A stretch of DNA of 63,625 nt, counting the filler, from Octopus bimaculoides (taxonomy: Eukaryota): the NCBI RefSeq assembly GCF_001194135.2. It is 4 parts of 3 records of this genome, joined end to end, with 100 filler letters (N's around TTAATTAATTAA, not from the genome) between each part and the next. Parts side by side here need not be neighbours in the genome. Positions count along the whole stretch, not along the records: positions 23,316 to 52,546 come from NC_068986.1; positions 52,647 to 58,537 come from NC_068987.1; 2 more parts are not named here. One strand, given 5' to 3'. This document shows positions 39,324 to 54,319 of this stretch, one piece after another. The notes under the pieces were generated by a model. The model ran no database searches, was not told where the DNA came from, and saw only the letters and a program-made list of their open reading frames with translations. How positions within the stretch are numbered: the stretch's first letter is position 1; each line of letters opens with the position of its first letter. Position numbers and translations under genes: made by a program.

Positions 39324-40754
39324 CATACACATAAATGCAGATGTATATATAAACACGTGTAGGTTCTCGAATGCAAGTTATAAATCCATCTTAGGAACGA
39401 TTACAGGTGTGGCGTTTGTATAACGAAAGAACATAAGTGCAATTTAGAAATTCACAACAGCTGTTTCTGCAGAATTTAGTTTCATTATCAATAATAGATG
39501 TAATACTTACATATATATAGGAGTGGTAGTGTGGTAGGTAGCTTGCTTACCAACCACATAGCCTCGGGCTGATCAAGGCCTTGTCAATTAATTAATAAAT
39601 TAATAATTAACAATTTTACCAAGTAGTTCGGTTTGCAAAATAAAAAACATTATCGATAAAACTTTTATAATTATAAACATAATTAAGGGATCAGCAAAAG
39701 TTGATTCACCAACATACCGAAAATTTAGAAATAGCAGTTAAAATACTACTACAATATATACTAAAATACTACCACAATATATTTCCAAAGATAGCAATAT
39801 TCGTGGCTTACATAGGCAAAAGAAGAAAAATAACGAAACCACCCAACCAACGAATATATATATATATGTATATATANNNNNNNNNNNNNNNNNNNNNNNN
39901 NNNNNNNNNNNNNNNNNNNNNNNNNNNNNNNNNNNNNNNNNNNNNNNNNNNNNNNNNNNNNNNNNNNNNNNNNNNNNNNNNNNNNNNNNNNNNNNNNNNN
40001 NNNNNNNNNNNNNNNNNNNNNNNNNNNNNNNNNNNNNNNNNNNNNNNNNNNNNNNNNNNNNNNNNNNNNNNNNNNNNNNNNNNNNNNNNNNNNNNNNNNN
40101 NNNNNNNNNNNNNNNNNNNNNNNNNNNNNNNNNNNNNNNNNNNNNNNNNNNNNNNNNNNNNNNNNNNNNNNNNNNNNNNNNNNNNNNNNNNNNNNNNNNN
40201 NNNNNNNNNNNNNNNNNNNNNNNNNNNNNNNNNNNNNNNNNNNNNNNNNNNNNNNNNNNNNNNNNNNNNNNNNNNNNNNNNNNNNNNNNNNNNNNNNNNN
40301 NNNNNNNNNNNNNNNNNNNNNNNNNNNNNNNNNNNNNNNNNNNNNNNNNNNNNNNNNNNNNNNNNNNNNNNNNNNNNNNNNNNNNNNNNNNNNNNNNNNN
40401 NNNNNNNNNNNNNNNNNNNNNNNNNNNNNNNNNNNNNNNNNNNNNNNNNNNNNNNNNNNNNNNNNNNNNNNNNNNNNNNNNNNNNNNNNNNNNNNNNNNN
40501 NNNNNNNNNNNNNNNNNNNNNNNNNNNNNNNNNNNNNNNNNNNNNNNNNNNNNNNNNNNNNNNNNNNNNNNNNNNNNNNNNNNNNNNNNNNNNNNNNNNN
40601 NNNNNNNNNNNNNNNNNNNNNNNNNNNNNNNNNNNNNNNNNNNNNNNNNNNNNNNNNNNNNNNNNNNNNNNNNNNNNNNNNNNNNNNNNNNNNNNNNNNN
40701 NNNNNNNNNNNNNNNNNNNNNNNNNNNNNNNNNNNNNNNNNNNNNNNNNNNNNN

Positions 40755-40788
<34 letters not shown>

Positions 40789-42719
40789 TGTGGTAGTTAG
40801 TCGTTACGATATAAATGACAACAAATATTTATTGAGGAATCTACACCGATTATAGAGTCAAATATATTATGCATATGGAGTTCAGTTGCATTTGAAATTT
40901 TACTTTTTGCAGCTTTTCAACATATTCACAGCATAGTGTTATTTCTATACGCAGGAACATCTTTGACTGCATCGAAAGGAAAGCCTGATTGACAAAGACT
41001 CACCAGTACATCGAAGCCTTAACCTCCACGCATAATCGTCGTATGCTATCATTTCTTGTGCATTTTTTTTAATGTGAGATTTTGGTATACGTAAATGAAT
41101 ACTATTAATCCTCGAAGTATACATCCCATTGCTTTGATTTCCAACACTTGCTTAACTGCGATTTCAAGACATAAGCAATAACTCAGAAAGTTGGTTTACT
41201 CTTGGCAAACAACATGACAAAGTCTTCGATACTAATCAGTGATTCTACAAATGTTACTAAATATGTTTCCTTGTTGTTACTGCTTCTTTCCACCTCATTC
41301 ATGATTGAGTAGACGTATCACCGATAGCACTCGAGCTGTGGCCATCTTGCACTTTTCTTATGCATGGTTTATATTTAAGTGTAATTCTATCCAATGTCGC
41401 ATTACTGTTGATTTTTAAGATGACAGGATGTGATATGAGGGATATTTGGTAGCTTGTTTTAGCAGGTCAAACCATCATATTAGTATATAGCTGTAACGAA
41501 AATCAATATATTTGTAATTCTGGCGCAGATTTGGCGCAGCGGAGAGAGAATCTTACTAGATGATCGAATTGTGTATTCTTCGATGCGTCATGATATTTAG
41601 TTCAAATACAAATCGCAGACCAAATTAGCGATTGTTCCCACCGGAATCTATAAAAAAACTATTAACTCTGATATTCAAGAATTTATTTAATTAACAAACT
41701 AAACTTCTATCTTCGAAAGAGTGATTTTTAATGAGAACCAGTTTGGGCTTGAGAAGGAAAACATTTTCACTGAGTGTATTCCATTAGAGAAAAAGCCATA
41801 TCGTTTGAAAGTACACGCTATATGAAATATTACTGGCGCTGTGATGTTGTCTGATGTAGTGAGTTCTATAGCGCTTGACAGTGGTGGAATGAGCAGTGGT
41901 GTACTACAGGGAGTTTGTGATGTACTATTTGTATTTTGCTTTCAACAGAAGCAGGAAAAAATGAGAGAAAGGAGGAGGTAATAGAATAGAGTGAGTGAGG
42001 GAAAGAGAAAAAGCGCGCGTATATGCATGAGAGAATGAGAGACGTATTGAGAGTCTAGATACTTGAATGTGATGTGGTGTGCAAACCATTTCTAACAAAG
42101 TTGGAGGTGAATCCTCTCACAAAAGAATTTATGGAAGAGCGTTAACATTGCTTTATTTAAGTACAATATATACATGCACATATGCAGCTCTCTCACTCTC
42201 TCTCTCTCTCCCTCAGTATCTTTCTCTCTTTCTCTCTCTCTCCACACACACACATAAATACATGTATGTATACACATATATACACACATACACGAGTACA
42301 TAGGTATACCCATTTACGCTGTTGTTGCATTGATGCATAGCACTTGGTTGGTCCTGACTCATTAAACCTACGATCAAAAGCATCCTGTTACTCACCATTC
42401 CATTTTCTTTCTTACAGGTATCACGTCTTTAATACTTTAGAATCAGGTGTAGTAGAAAGTATAATTTTTTTCAGACGGTAGAGTGGGACATTTTGTTGCT
42501 ATTTCTAATGTTCTGATGAATTCATATTCAGGATCCTTTGTTGGCTCACAAGAAATTTCTATAAAGCTATCGTTGGCAGTCTGAGTCTATGTACATATAT
42601 GTATTCAGTGAGATCAATGGGAAGAAATATAGAAATTAGGATCATATGATGTAATTAGTCATAATTAGATTATTTCAAATATACACATACACACATGCAC
42701 ATATATTTTCATTACTTAA

Positions 42720-43660
42720 TGTACCCAGCATATCTGTTTTCAAAAACGTCCTTAGATACTGAGATCATCAAGGGGCTTCAGAAAGCTTTAATTGCGTTTG
42801 GAACATTCGAAAAAATAGTTGGGTCAGATAGAGAATTGAAGCTTTCCACCAAGTGTGCGTCATCTCATACTTAGTATACCCGTCTTAGACATGGATACTA
42901 TAGCAACAAGAGATCCAAAAATTCTCGGAAGATCCTATCAGAAGTAATTAAACATTGTATCAAGCATCAGTGGGATATTTCTTCAATATAATAGAGAAGT
43001 GTTGGAAAAGGCGCACAGTTCCAGTATGGAAGCACAGCTCAACATGAATTACATGCATTAGGCTTGGTCATCTGCGGTTACTCAGAAAGGAAAGATGAAA
43101 CGGAAGAGAACAATTAAGTTTTAATTCTTTGATTACAAGAAAAACTAGGAATATCTTGTTTTTCCTGGGGAGGCTCACACGAACTCGTACCAAGTATCTT
43201 GCAAGCCAAATACAAATACGAATTAGGAACATCTTGCAATGAATAAAACAAAAGGAGTGGGGTCTGCAATCTGGAAATATTATCTGCAGTTACAGAGAAA
43301 CAGAAATGTGCACCATGAACCAAAATAGCCGAAAATGCCATGTTGAGGATCTGTGTTGTAGAAGATCTAAAATCTACAAGTGATCTCACTTTGCAATGCT
43401 TGTAGTTGTAATAAAGCTTTCGAAAACCAGATTCCTTAACTATGGAAGATCACAAGCGGGAGACAAGCACAAGACGTTTATATGGATGCACTATCACCAC
43501 CTAAACCCGAACAGTGTTCTTATTATGCTCAGAAATGTATACATCTGATGTTGGGTTGAATATCCAATTTGGACGAATACACAGAGGTGCTGCCCCTTTT
43601 GATGTCGCTGCCCAAATTCCTTGCTATATTTGCCATAAAAATTAAAGCTGAGTCTCTGTA
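42720..43660 (+). mobile_element. Old RTE (BovB-like) LINE C-terminal fragment
   Basis: LDTEIIKGLQKALIAFGTFEKIV..LKLSTK..NREVLEKAHSSSMEAQL; the distal part is weaker. Confidence 0.65.
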
Positions 43661-44585
43661 GTCATCTAATAGTCCATATGGGAGAAGTTTTATTAGCATG
43701 ATATAGTTAATTGACAGCAATAAGAAAGAAGTCATAGTGACCGAGTAGTCAAACGACGATGCAGAAGTACGTACGTATATACATGTAAGCACACATATAC
43801 GCACGCGCACACATGCACGCACATATACTTACATAGATATATGTGTATAAGAATACATCTGTACATGTATATGTATAAATGCAAGTATGTGCGTATTATA
43901 TATATAATTGAGATTCAGTTGAATTAAGTACCTAAGTTGAAGCAACAAGTCAGTCCGGTATTATCCGCACAGCTCGACGGTGAATAAAATCAAAATAAGC
44001 AACAGGATACTACTTGATATCCTGTTGCTTATTTTGATTATATGTATATATATATATATATATATNNNNNNNNNNNNNNNNNNNNNNNNNNNNNNNNNNN
44101 NNNNNNNNNNNNNNNNNNNNNNNNNNNNNNNNNNNNNNNNNNNNNNNNNNNNNNNNNNNNNNNNNNNNNNNNNNNNNNNNNNNNNNNNNNNNNNNNNNNN
44201 NNNNNNNNNNNNNNNNNNNNNNNNNNNNNNNNNNNNNNNNNNNNNNNNNNNNNNNNNNNNNNNNNNNNNNNNNNNNNNNNNNNNNNNNNNNNNNNNNNNN
44301 NNNNNNNNNNNNNNNNNNNNNNNNNNNNNNNNNNNNNNNNNNNNNNNNNNNNNNNNNNNNNNNNNNNNNNNNNNNNNNNNNNNNNNNNNNNNNNNNNNNN
44401 NNNNNNNNNNNNNNNNNNNNNNNNNNNNNNNNNNNNNNNNNNNNNNNNNNNNNNNNNNNNNNNNNNNNNNNNNNNNNNNNNNNNNNNNNNNNNNNNNNNN
44501 NNNNNNNNNNNNNNNNNNNNNNNNNNNNNNNNNNNNNNNNNNNNNNNNNNNNNNNNNNNNNNNNNNNNNNNNNNNNNNNNNNNNN

Positions 44586-44624
<39 letters not shown>

Positions 44625-46439
44625 CATGTATATACATGTATGTGTGTGCATGTATGTGTGCGTGTGTGTGCGCATGTGAGTTTTTTTCTCTCCCTTCTCA
44701 AGAGGTTAGCTTTTAATATAGAGTGAGTTGTAGCTGCTTTTTCCTAACAGGTTGAGCGATTGCTTCAGGACTTCCCACTTGACTTGAAAGTAAAATATTT
44801 ATAGAATGTTACATTTAAATGTATTTCCAATGAAATAATTGCAATTACTTCTTAAGGAAAGTATTACAAGTGATTTTAATCCAGTGGTTAAAATTACCTT
44901 TAATGAAACAGTTAAAACTACTTTTAATGGTTAAACTTACATGAAATGGTTAAAATTACATTAATCGTAATTTAACGGTTAAACTAGAAATGATTATCTC
45001 CACAAACCTGAAGTTAATTATCAACAGAGGAAAATACAGTAATAGAAGGAATCTGATGAGAATATGGAAGAGATGAGGTTAATTTTTGAAATCTAATAAT
45101 ATACCCGTGATTTTGCTGAAATCATCCTTAGGATCCCCATAATACCTTGTTAGATTCGAACTCATTTGTATTTAACCTTTTCTCACGGTCTGTAAAACAA
45201 TTAATCTTAGGGTTCAATAGATCTAACTGTTGACTGGTAACGTTATTGATCTGAGAAGTTTTACTTGTTGTTGTTGCTGTTGTTATTAGAGCATGTATAT
45301 GATGAAAAGCATTTCATCAACGACAAAAGGCGGCGAAAAGGCTGAGTCGTTTCGAGCATCGGATAAATCGCTTTCTGGCATCCGCCCCTTCTCTCTGCTC
45401 TCAACTTCGCTTTTCCTCCTTTAAGAGTCCATATTTAAAAGTACCAGCATTTTACTGGGGCCATTTCCTATCTCATCAGCCTCTTTCGTTCTACCTATCC
45501 GTCTGTGTCTCTTTCTGCGAGCAATCTGTTGTGGTGAGTCCAGATGAAGTATTGGTGTTGCCAGCTCTGAAAATGTCTAACGTATACTGCATGTTAGACT
45601 ACATGCCGCTAGAACTCCATCAAAAGTTCAAAAGATTAAGGTAATCTTATCTTCGTAGATTTATCGAATACGTTGCCCAGTGTATCCTGTTCCTTTTAAT
45701 CTATTTACAGAGAAACTTTTTTTATTTTATAATTCTAAAATTAATTGTAAGCAATAAATATTTCACATTGCATATTGTTTTTCAAATTTTGGGGATATTA
45801 TATATTAATAGGTTAAACCGTACGCGGTATGATTTAAAGAATTGACTGTTAAATTTTAGCAGATGGAGTGGCTGCGTAGATGGTCCATCGTTGCCCCGGC
45901 AATTAACGTCTTAAGGTATAAAGATTTGCGTAAGGGTGGTCAATTAGCAGAACTGCAAGAGGGCAGGAAACAATGATTTATATTTTAAAAATTTTACCCA
46001 CATACAAAATAAGTTTGGAACATATAGTTAGGTCAAGGGTGTCATCATTACCATCATCATCACCATCATCATCGTCGTCGTCATTATCATCATCGCCATC
46101 ATCGTCATCATCGTCATCATCTACAAATACTACTACTATTACTAATAATAAGGATGATAATAATAATGATGATGATAATAATAATAATGATAAAAAATCG
46201 TGCTAACTGGAACGACTCATGTACTAAGAGCATTATCGCTGTGAAAACAACATCCATTCATGATTTTTTTTTTTTTTTCTTAAATACATGTTTTACCTAT
46301 GAATTTGCGTGTGTAAATTGGGAATGCATACAACGTTTCTCTGCCCTAGGTGTACGGAAAACACTCGGCGAGAAATGGGAAAAAATTTGAAGAAAGAAGA
46401 AAAAAAAACATAATAATAATAATAATAATAATAATGATA

Positions 46440-46532
<93 letters not shown>

Positions 46533-46534
46533 TT

Positions 46535-46702
46535 GAGCAGTATTCCACCCGTCCCTTCATTTTGAGTTCAAATTCCGTCGAGGTCCACTTTGCTTTTCAT
46601 CCTTTCGGGGTCGATAAAATAAGTACCAGTTGAAAACTGGGGTCGTTGTAATCGACTAATCTCCTTCCCCAAAATTGCTACCCTTGTGGCAAAATTTTGA
46701 AC

Positions 46703-46766
<64 letters not shown>

Positions 46767-46968
46767 TTTATTATTTTTATTTTCATTATCATGCCGCTAA
46801 GCATTTTGCCCGCCTTTAGCTCTGAGTTCAAATTCTGCAGAGGTGGACTTTGTCTTTCATATTTCAGGGTTGATAAAACAAATACCACTTAAGCACTGAG
46901 ATCTATGTAATCGACTTACTTACCCGCTCTCCCGAAATTGCTGACCTTCTGCCAAAATTTGAAATCAT
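46535..46968 (+). mobile_element. Two tandem family B SINEs, each with an (ATT)n tail
   Basis: Copies at about 46535-46705 and 46791-46968. Confidence 0.82.
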
Positions 46969-47239
46969 CCTCATTATTATTATTATCATCATTATCATTA
47001 CAGAAGATACGTTTGTAGCTGATTCAATGTTAAAACAAAGTAAAGTGGATATATTTACCTTGTACTAATAATGATAAAGAACATTTTATGAAAAACAAAT
47101 AGTGGAGTAATTTTAGATGTCACAATGTGTAATGTGTTTGTGGGTGTGTGTGTGAGAGAGAGAGAGAGAGAGGCAGAGACAATATGTAGGTATGTGTATG
47201 TGTATATGTATATGCATATATACATATATTACATATGTA

Positions 47240-47289
<50 letters not shown>

Positions 47290-47451
47290 TATGTGTGATT
47301 GATATACACACATAGATTCATACATACAAACAATATATATATGTAATATTTCTATATATATTTTCCAATTAAAACAAACATATAGGCATGCATAAATACA
47401 CTGTCTATATCGTATATTTGCCAGTGTTTGTGCGCATTAAAAATCCCAATG

Positions 47452-47489
<38 letters not shown>

Positions 47490-47870
47490 ATATACGTATA
47501 TACATATATATACTTATAAATATGCATACACACATGCACACACATATATATATAGTTATGCGTGTATTAGTGTGTGTCTAACTCTGCCTCCCTCTGTATT
47601 ATTGGATGAACTTAGTACGCCGACCCTTTTAACACAATCATGTTCTAGTTATCCAAACAGATAGGATAGTCGTGTTGAGGACGCCTTAGTTCACAGGTTA
47701 CTCCACAGAGGACTGAGCTGGGTCTAAATGACAAAATTCAACGATTCTCACTAACAGAGGAGAGCAACTAAAATGAAGTATGAATTATAGTGCGTTCTGC
47801 AGAGAAATGTGCCCAAGTTGTTGTCTCGACACATATAGAGGATTTTTGTTAAGGAAGATTGTATCTTACC

Positions 47871-48270
47871 TTTTGATTTTTACTTGTTTCAGTTATTAGA
47901 CTGCGGCCATGCTGGAGGACCGCCTTCAAAAATTTTATTCAAAAGAATTGTCTCCAGAACATATATTTACTGAAGTCTGGTATTTATTCAACCGGTCTCT
48001 TGTGCCAAACTACTAAGTTACGGGGACGTAAACATAGCAACACCGGTTGTGAACCAGTGAGGTGGGACAAACACAAATACACACACAGACACACACGCAA
48101 ACACACACGCAAATACACACACACGCATTACGTGCTTGTTTCAGTTTTCACTCAAAAGGCACTAACCGGCCAGAGGCTACAGTAGAAAACACCTACCCAA
48201 AGTGCCATGCAGTGGGAATGATCCTGCAACTATGTGGTTTAGAAAGAAGGAAATTTCTTACCACACAACC
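47871..48270 (-). mobile_element. SINE family A, near full length
   Basis: TTTTACTTGTTTCAGTTATTAGACTGCGGCCATGCTGG ... TTCTTACCACACAACC. Confidence 0.85.
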
Positions 48271-48286
48271 AGTGTGTGTATATACG

Positions 48287-48318
<32 letters not shown>

Positions 48319-49282
48319 GGCCTAATATATATATATATATATATNNNNNNNNNNNNNNNNNNNNNNNNNNNNNNNNNNNNNNNNNNNNNNNNNNNNNNNN
48401 NNNNNNNNNNNNNNNNNNNNNNNNNNNNNNNNNNNNNNNNNNNNNNNNNNNNNNNNNNNNNNNNNNNNNNNNNNNNNNNNNNNNNNNNNNNNNNNNNNNN
48501 NNNNNNNNNNNNNNNNNNNNNNNNNNNNNNNNNNNNNNNNNNNNNNNNNNNNNNNNNNNNNNNNNNNNNNNNNNNNNNNNNNNNNNNNNNNNNNNNNNNN
48601 NNNNNNNNNNNNNNNNNNNNNNNNNNNNNNNNNNNNNNNNNNNNNNNNNNNNNNNNNNNNNNNNNNNNNNNNNNNNNNNNNNNNNNNNNNNNNNNNNNNN
48701 NNNNNNNNNNNNNNNNNNNNNNNNNNNNNNNNNNNNNNNNNNNNNNNNNNNNNNNNNNNNNNNNNNNNNNNNNNNNNNNNNNNNNNNNNNNNNNNNNNNN
48801 NNNNNNNNNNNNNNNNNNNNNNNNNNNNNNNNNNNNNNNNNNNNNNNNNNNNNNNNNNNNNNNNNNNNNNNNNNNNNNNNNNNNNNNNNNNNNNNNNNNN
48901 NNNNNNNNNNNNNNNNNNNNNNNNNNNNNNNNNNNNNNNNNNNNNNNNNNNNNNNNNNNNNNNNNNNNNNNNNNNNNNNNNNNNNNNNNNNNNNNNNNNN
49001 NNNNNNNNNNNNNNNNNNNNNNNNNNNNNNNNNNNNNNNNNNNNNNNNNNNNNNNNNNNNNNNNNNNNNNNNNNNNNNNNNNNNNNNNNNNNNNNNNNNN
49101 NNNNNNNNNNNNNNNNNNNNNNNNNNNNNNNNNNNNNNNNNNNNNNNNNNNNNNNNNNNNNNNNNNNNNNNNNNNNNNNNNNNNNNNNNNNNNNNNNNNN
49201 NNNNNNNNNNNNNNNNNNNNNNNNNNNNNNNNNNNNNNNNNNNNNNNNNNNNNNNACCACACAACCAGTGTGTGTATATACG

Positions 49283-49316
<34 letters not shown>

Positions 49317-50152
49317 TTATATTATATATATTTATATATATGTATACATATATACGTCCATACAAATGTGAATTTACAGATTTATACAAATGTATGTGTA
49401 CACACACACATACACACAGATGTATGTGAACAGATAGATAGATACATAAAAGCACACACAAAGATAAATATAGATTTGTATAAATATTTATATGTATGTA
49501 TATTTGAATGTCTGTCTGTCTATTTGTCCGTCTGTCTGTATGTATGTATGTATGTATGCATGTATTAACAGTACACATGCACACATTTCCATACATTTAT
49601 ACGCATTTAATTTTGTTTTCAAAAAATTACTTCCGCATATATTTATGTTAGGCATACAACTTACAAACTGTGTGACACAAGCATATATAATCACAGACCG
49701 CACAGGATACTTGCATATGTAAAATATACACAAACAAATATATATATATGCCTACACACGAACACAAACTTGCATGCATACCAGAAAACAAACACACAAC
49801 AAACACACACACACACACACACACACACAGATATATATATATAAAGATCGAGAGGGGAAGTGAGAAAGACAGAGGGAAAGACAGAGAGGGAGAAATATAT
49901 AGAGAGATATAGATAGCCGTGCCTGTAAAGACAAATATACACTCATTATGTAAATATAATAATAATACATAAATATTATACCATAATATGATTAATCATA
50001 TTACTATATAAATTTTATATAATATTTACATGCATGTGAAGTTAACCTAAATATCGCACAGATAAATAGACATACACGGTATGTCGGTAGGTCTTTGCTT
50101 TTTTATATAAGTGCATGTATACATATATGTATATGTTTGTGTGTGCGCATGT

Positions 50153-50202
<50 letters not shown>

Positions 50203-50320
50203 NNNNNNNNNNNNNNNNNNNNNNNNNNNNNNNNNNNNNNNNNNNNNNNNNNNNNNNNNNNNNNNNNNNNNNNNNNNNNNNNNNNNNNNNNNNNNNNNNN
50301 NNNNNNNNNNNNNNNNNNNN

Positions 50321-50357
<37 letters not shown>

Positions 50358-51059
50358 TCACATGTGCTTTCCATATAATCTCAAACTATGACAAAAAATT
50401 TTATTAAAATATTAAAAATACTTCTTTTACAATAATTTATTTCAGATAATGTGCAATTCAAACCAGTGCGTGTGTGTGTTTGTGTGTTTGTGTGTGTGTA
50501 TGTGCGTGTGTGTGTTTGTATGCATGTGTGTGTATATATATGTGCGTGTGCGTGTGTAAATTATTATATGTGTGTATATCAGTGTATAAGTATACTTTTT
50601 CTCCTTTTCTTCCCCTTTTCTTTCATGTGTTTATTTAGCTATATAATTTGTATATCTTCATGTTTATTTAGTCCTGTGTTTCTATACACATAAGCATACA
50701 TGCATTCATATATATGTATGTATGTATATATATATATATATACATATATATACACGCATATGTATGTTAATTCACCTGTATGTTTACCAACTTATTCTAT
50801 TACGTGTTTATCTATTAATTTATATATTTTTCTTTTTATATACATATGTGTTTTTTTCTTTTATATATACATATATATATACATATATATATTTCGTGTT
50901 CATTTTATCGTTTTTTTTTTTCATTTTTACTTGCTTTTCTTTATTTTGTATTGTTATGTTTTGTTTTGTTTCTCTTCTCATTTTTCCCACACCTTTAGAT
51001 GTGGGCCTCACGTTGAAAATTCAATAATTAGGCCTCTCCGCTCAGATACACACACACAC

Positions 51060-51090
<31 letters not shown>

Positions 51091-52055
51091 AATATTTGTA
51101 TACGTGTACACATATATTTATATANNNNNNNNNNNNNNNNNNNNNNNNNNNNNNNNNNNNNNNNNNNNNNNNNNNNNNNNNNNNNNNNNNNNNNNNNNNN
51201 NNNNNNNNNNNNNNNNNNNNNNNNNNNNNNNNNNNNNNNNNNNNNNNNNNNNNNNNNNNNNNNNNNNNNNNNNNNNNNNNNNNNNNNNNNNNNNNNNNNN
51301 NNNNNNNNNNNNNNNNNNNNNNNNNNNNNNNNNNNNNNNNNNNNNNNNNNNNNNNNNNNNNNNNNNNNNNNNNNNNNNNNNNNNNNNNNNNNNNNNNNNN
51401 NNNNNNNNNNNNNNNNNNNNNNNNNNNNNNNNNNNNNNNNNNNNNNNNNNNNNNNNNNNNNNNNNNNNNNNNNNNNNNNNNNNNNNNNNNNNNNNNNNNN
51501 NNNNNNNNNNNNNNNNNNNNNNNNNNNNNNNNNNNNNNNNNNNNNNNNNNNNNNNNNNNNNNNNNNNNNNNNNNNNNNNNNNNNNNNNNNNNNNNNNNNN
51601 NNNNNNNNNNNNNNNNNNNNNNNNNNNNNNNNNNNNNNNNNNNNNNNNNNNNNNNNNNNNNNNNNNNNNNNNNNNNNNNNNNNNNNNNNNNNNNNNNNNN
51701 NNNNNNNNNNNNNNNNNNNNNNNNNNNNNNNNNNNNNNNNNNNNNNNNNNNNNNNNNNNNNNNNNNNNNNNNNNNNNNNNNNNNNNNNNNNNNNNNNNNN
51801 NNNNNNNNNNNNNNNNNNNNNNNNNNNNNNNNNNNNNNNNNNNNNNNNNNNNNNNNNNNNNNNNNNNNNNNNNNNNNNNNNNNNNNNNNNNNNNNNNNNN
51901 NNNNNNNNNNNNNNNNNNNNNNNNNNNNNNNNNNNGTGTGTGTGTGTGGTATGGACGTATGCAAATCTGGAAATTTTTCTCACAGTTTTATATGACGTAA
52001 ATCTATACTTTCGATGCATCAATGTCGGCAACTTTCTAATTTGCGCTGATGTCTC

Positions 52056-52120
<65 letters not shown>

Positions 52121-52511
52121 TTGTGTGTGTGTATGTGTGCGTGTGTGTGTATGTACATATATATATATATGTACGTATGTATACATCTAGATACATAAAT
52201 AGAGACATTCATATGTGTATATGTATATATATACATATGTGCCTACATATACTTATTTGCACCCATATGCATTCACACACACACACACACACGCACACAC
52301 AGGCATACACAAGCACGCACATATACATTCATATATTTATCTACGTATATACATATATCTATTCACAATCATAAGTCTTTACACCAACACATATATTTAC
52401 ATATATATACATACATTCATATACATTCATATAAATATATATGCATGCTTAAATATACATATGCATATAGATATATACATATAACATGTATATATATATA
52501 TATATATATAC

Positions 52512-52546
<35 letters not shown>

Positions 52547-52646
52547 NNNNNNNNNNNNNNNNNNNNNNNNNNNNNNNNNNNNNNNNNNNNTTAATTAATT
52601 AANNNNNNNNNNNNNNNNNNNNNNNNNNNNNNNNNNNNNNNNNNNN

Positions 52647-52717
<71 letters not shown>

Positions 52718-54319
52718 TAATATTTGTTCATACTCAGACACAGAAACGGACACACACAATAAAACATAGATCTTTGTCTGAATATTCATAATCTGATATA
52801 ACTGAATGTTTCTTATATTTTTGGAATGATATACATTCTAACGGTATTACATTCAACACCGAATGCTATACATTCTAACGGTATTACGCTCAACACCGAA
52901 TGATATCATAGATCTTTATAATGATAATATCAGTGATAAATTGTTTCGTTGAGGATATCACCGTGTCTCGTATATAAATTCGTGTTGTATGAATACAGGA
53001 TGTATTTTTCTCACAGTATTCCAAGAATCTTTTCAAAAGTTATTTTGGTTGAATACTTGGATGCTTTGCTAATGTCATCTCACAGCAAATATTTTTTACA
53101 CTGTCTGAACATATGTGAGGCTGGAGAATTCGATTTTGTCATGAAAGTGACTCGAATGCGCGGTATCGATATACTGCAACTACAGCAAAAGACATCTGGG
53201 GCGATTTCGCTTCCTCTGGCTCTGAAGTATAAAGTGTTATTTAACACTATACGTTTTTAAAAAGGATTTTCCCGAATGATAAACCGCAGCTCTTGGGGTT
53301 TAAACAACACTCGTACGTTAAGTATGTGGCATTGGTAAAATTTAACTAGTATTCAGCAATTTCAATCTGCAAGCGAAACAGTGAAGACGTGCAAAACAAT
53401 CCTGAAATTCAGTTTTATAAATCTATATTATTTTTTTAAACTTCATTCCAATGATAAAGATTGGATTCGGAAGAAAGGGATGCGACGATGTACTTCACAG
53501 ATACATTGGTGCAACAGTATCGAGTCATTTGATGTTCTTGGGATGCTGCTAACTGTCGACTACAAGAAAATATGGACAGGTGTGGGGAGATTCCAAAGGA
53601 TGGACGTTCTGGGGAATGGGCACAGTGGCCAATGCAGGTCAGGGGTGATGCACAGAATATAGGTTTCGAAAGGAAAAAAAGATGAGTGACTCGAAGGTTC
53701 TTGGGTGGAGGAGGTACAAAAGCTAGGTCCGAAAAGCAGAAGCTACTGTTGTATCACTAAACAAAAAGTAAATAAAGAAGGCAACATGTCTGTTGATAAG
53801 ACGTTGAAATGTTTTGACGAGTGACTTCATCTCAGTCGAAAGGTCATTTTTGATTACATCTAGGACCGCCTGCGATGGAGAACACTTTTGGACCTGGTCG
53901 GTTCTATGCATGATGACGTCTTTGGGACCACTAACTTGGGATGACCCCCATCCTCATCAAGAAAGCATGAAACAAAACGTATGTGTGTCAGTAGCATCGT
54001 ACCAAGTTCAGGAATAATAACACATCATGAGTTCTCCGTGAGCTTTGCTGGCTGTTACATTTTCTTCCTGAAGAACCAGACTAGACCAGACTTTATAACG
54101 TAGCTTAGTTACGGTGAAGATGTGACATCACGAGGAGAGATCGTCAGTAATTGTGTGGCATAGTATTTGTAGTGAACATTGACAATTGTATTTGCATTTC
54201 GATCATGTTTAAGTGGTGGTTAATATTTATATGTGCAATGACTTTGGAAAATGTTTTCGAGGTCTCTGTTCACGAAGTTATAGGAGTATTATTGCGAAGT
54301 GTCCAGGTTTCGTGCAGAC

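Noticed and set aside
40990-41175. Minus-strand exon-like block ending in a consensus GTGAGT donor
   Set aside because: No frame is open from the nearest acceptor to the donor; at most a non-coding exon.
43529-43822. Minus-strand 97-aa ORF with a hydrophobic stretch and KR site
   Set aside because: It starts in a microsatellite and overlaps the probable tail of the + strand RTE remnant.
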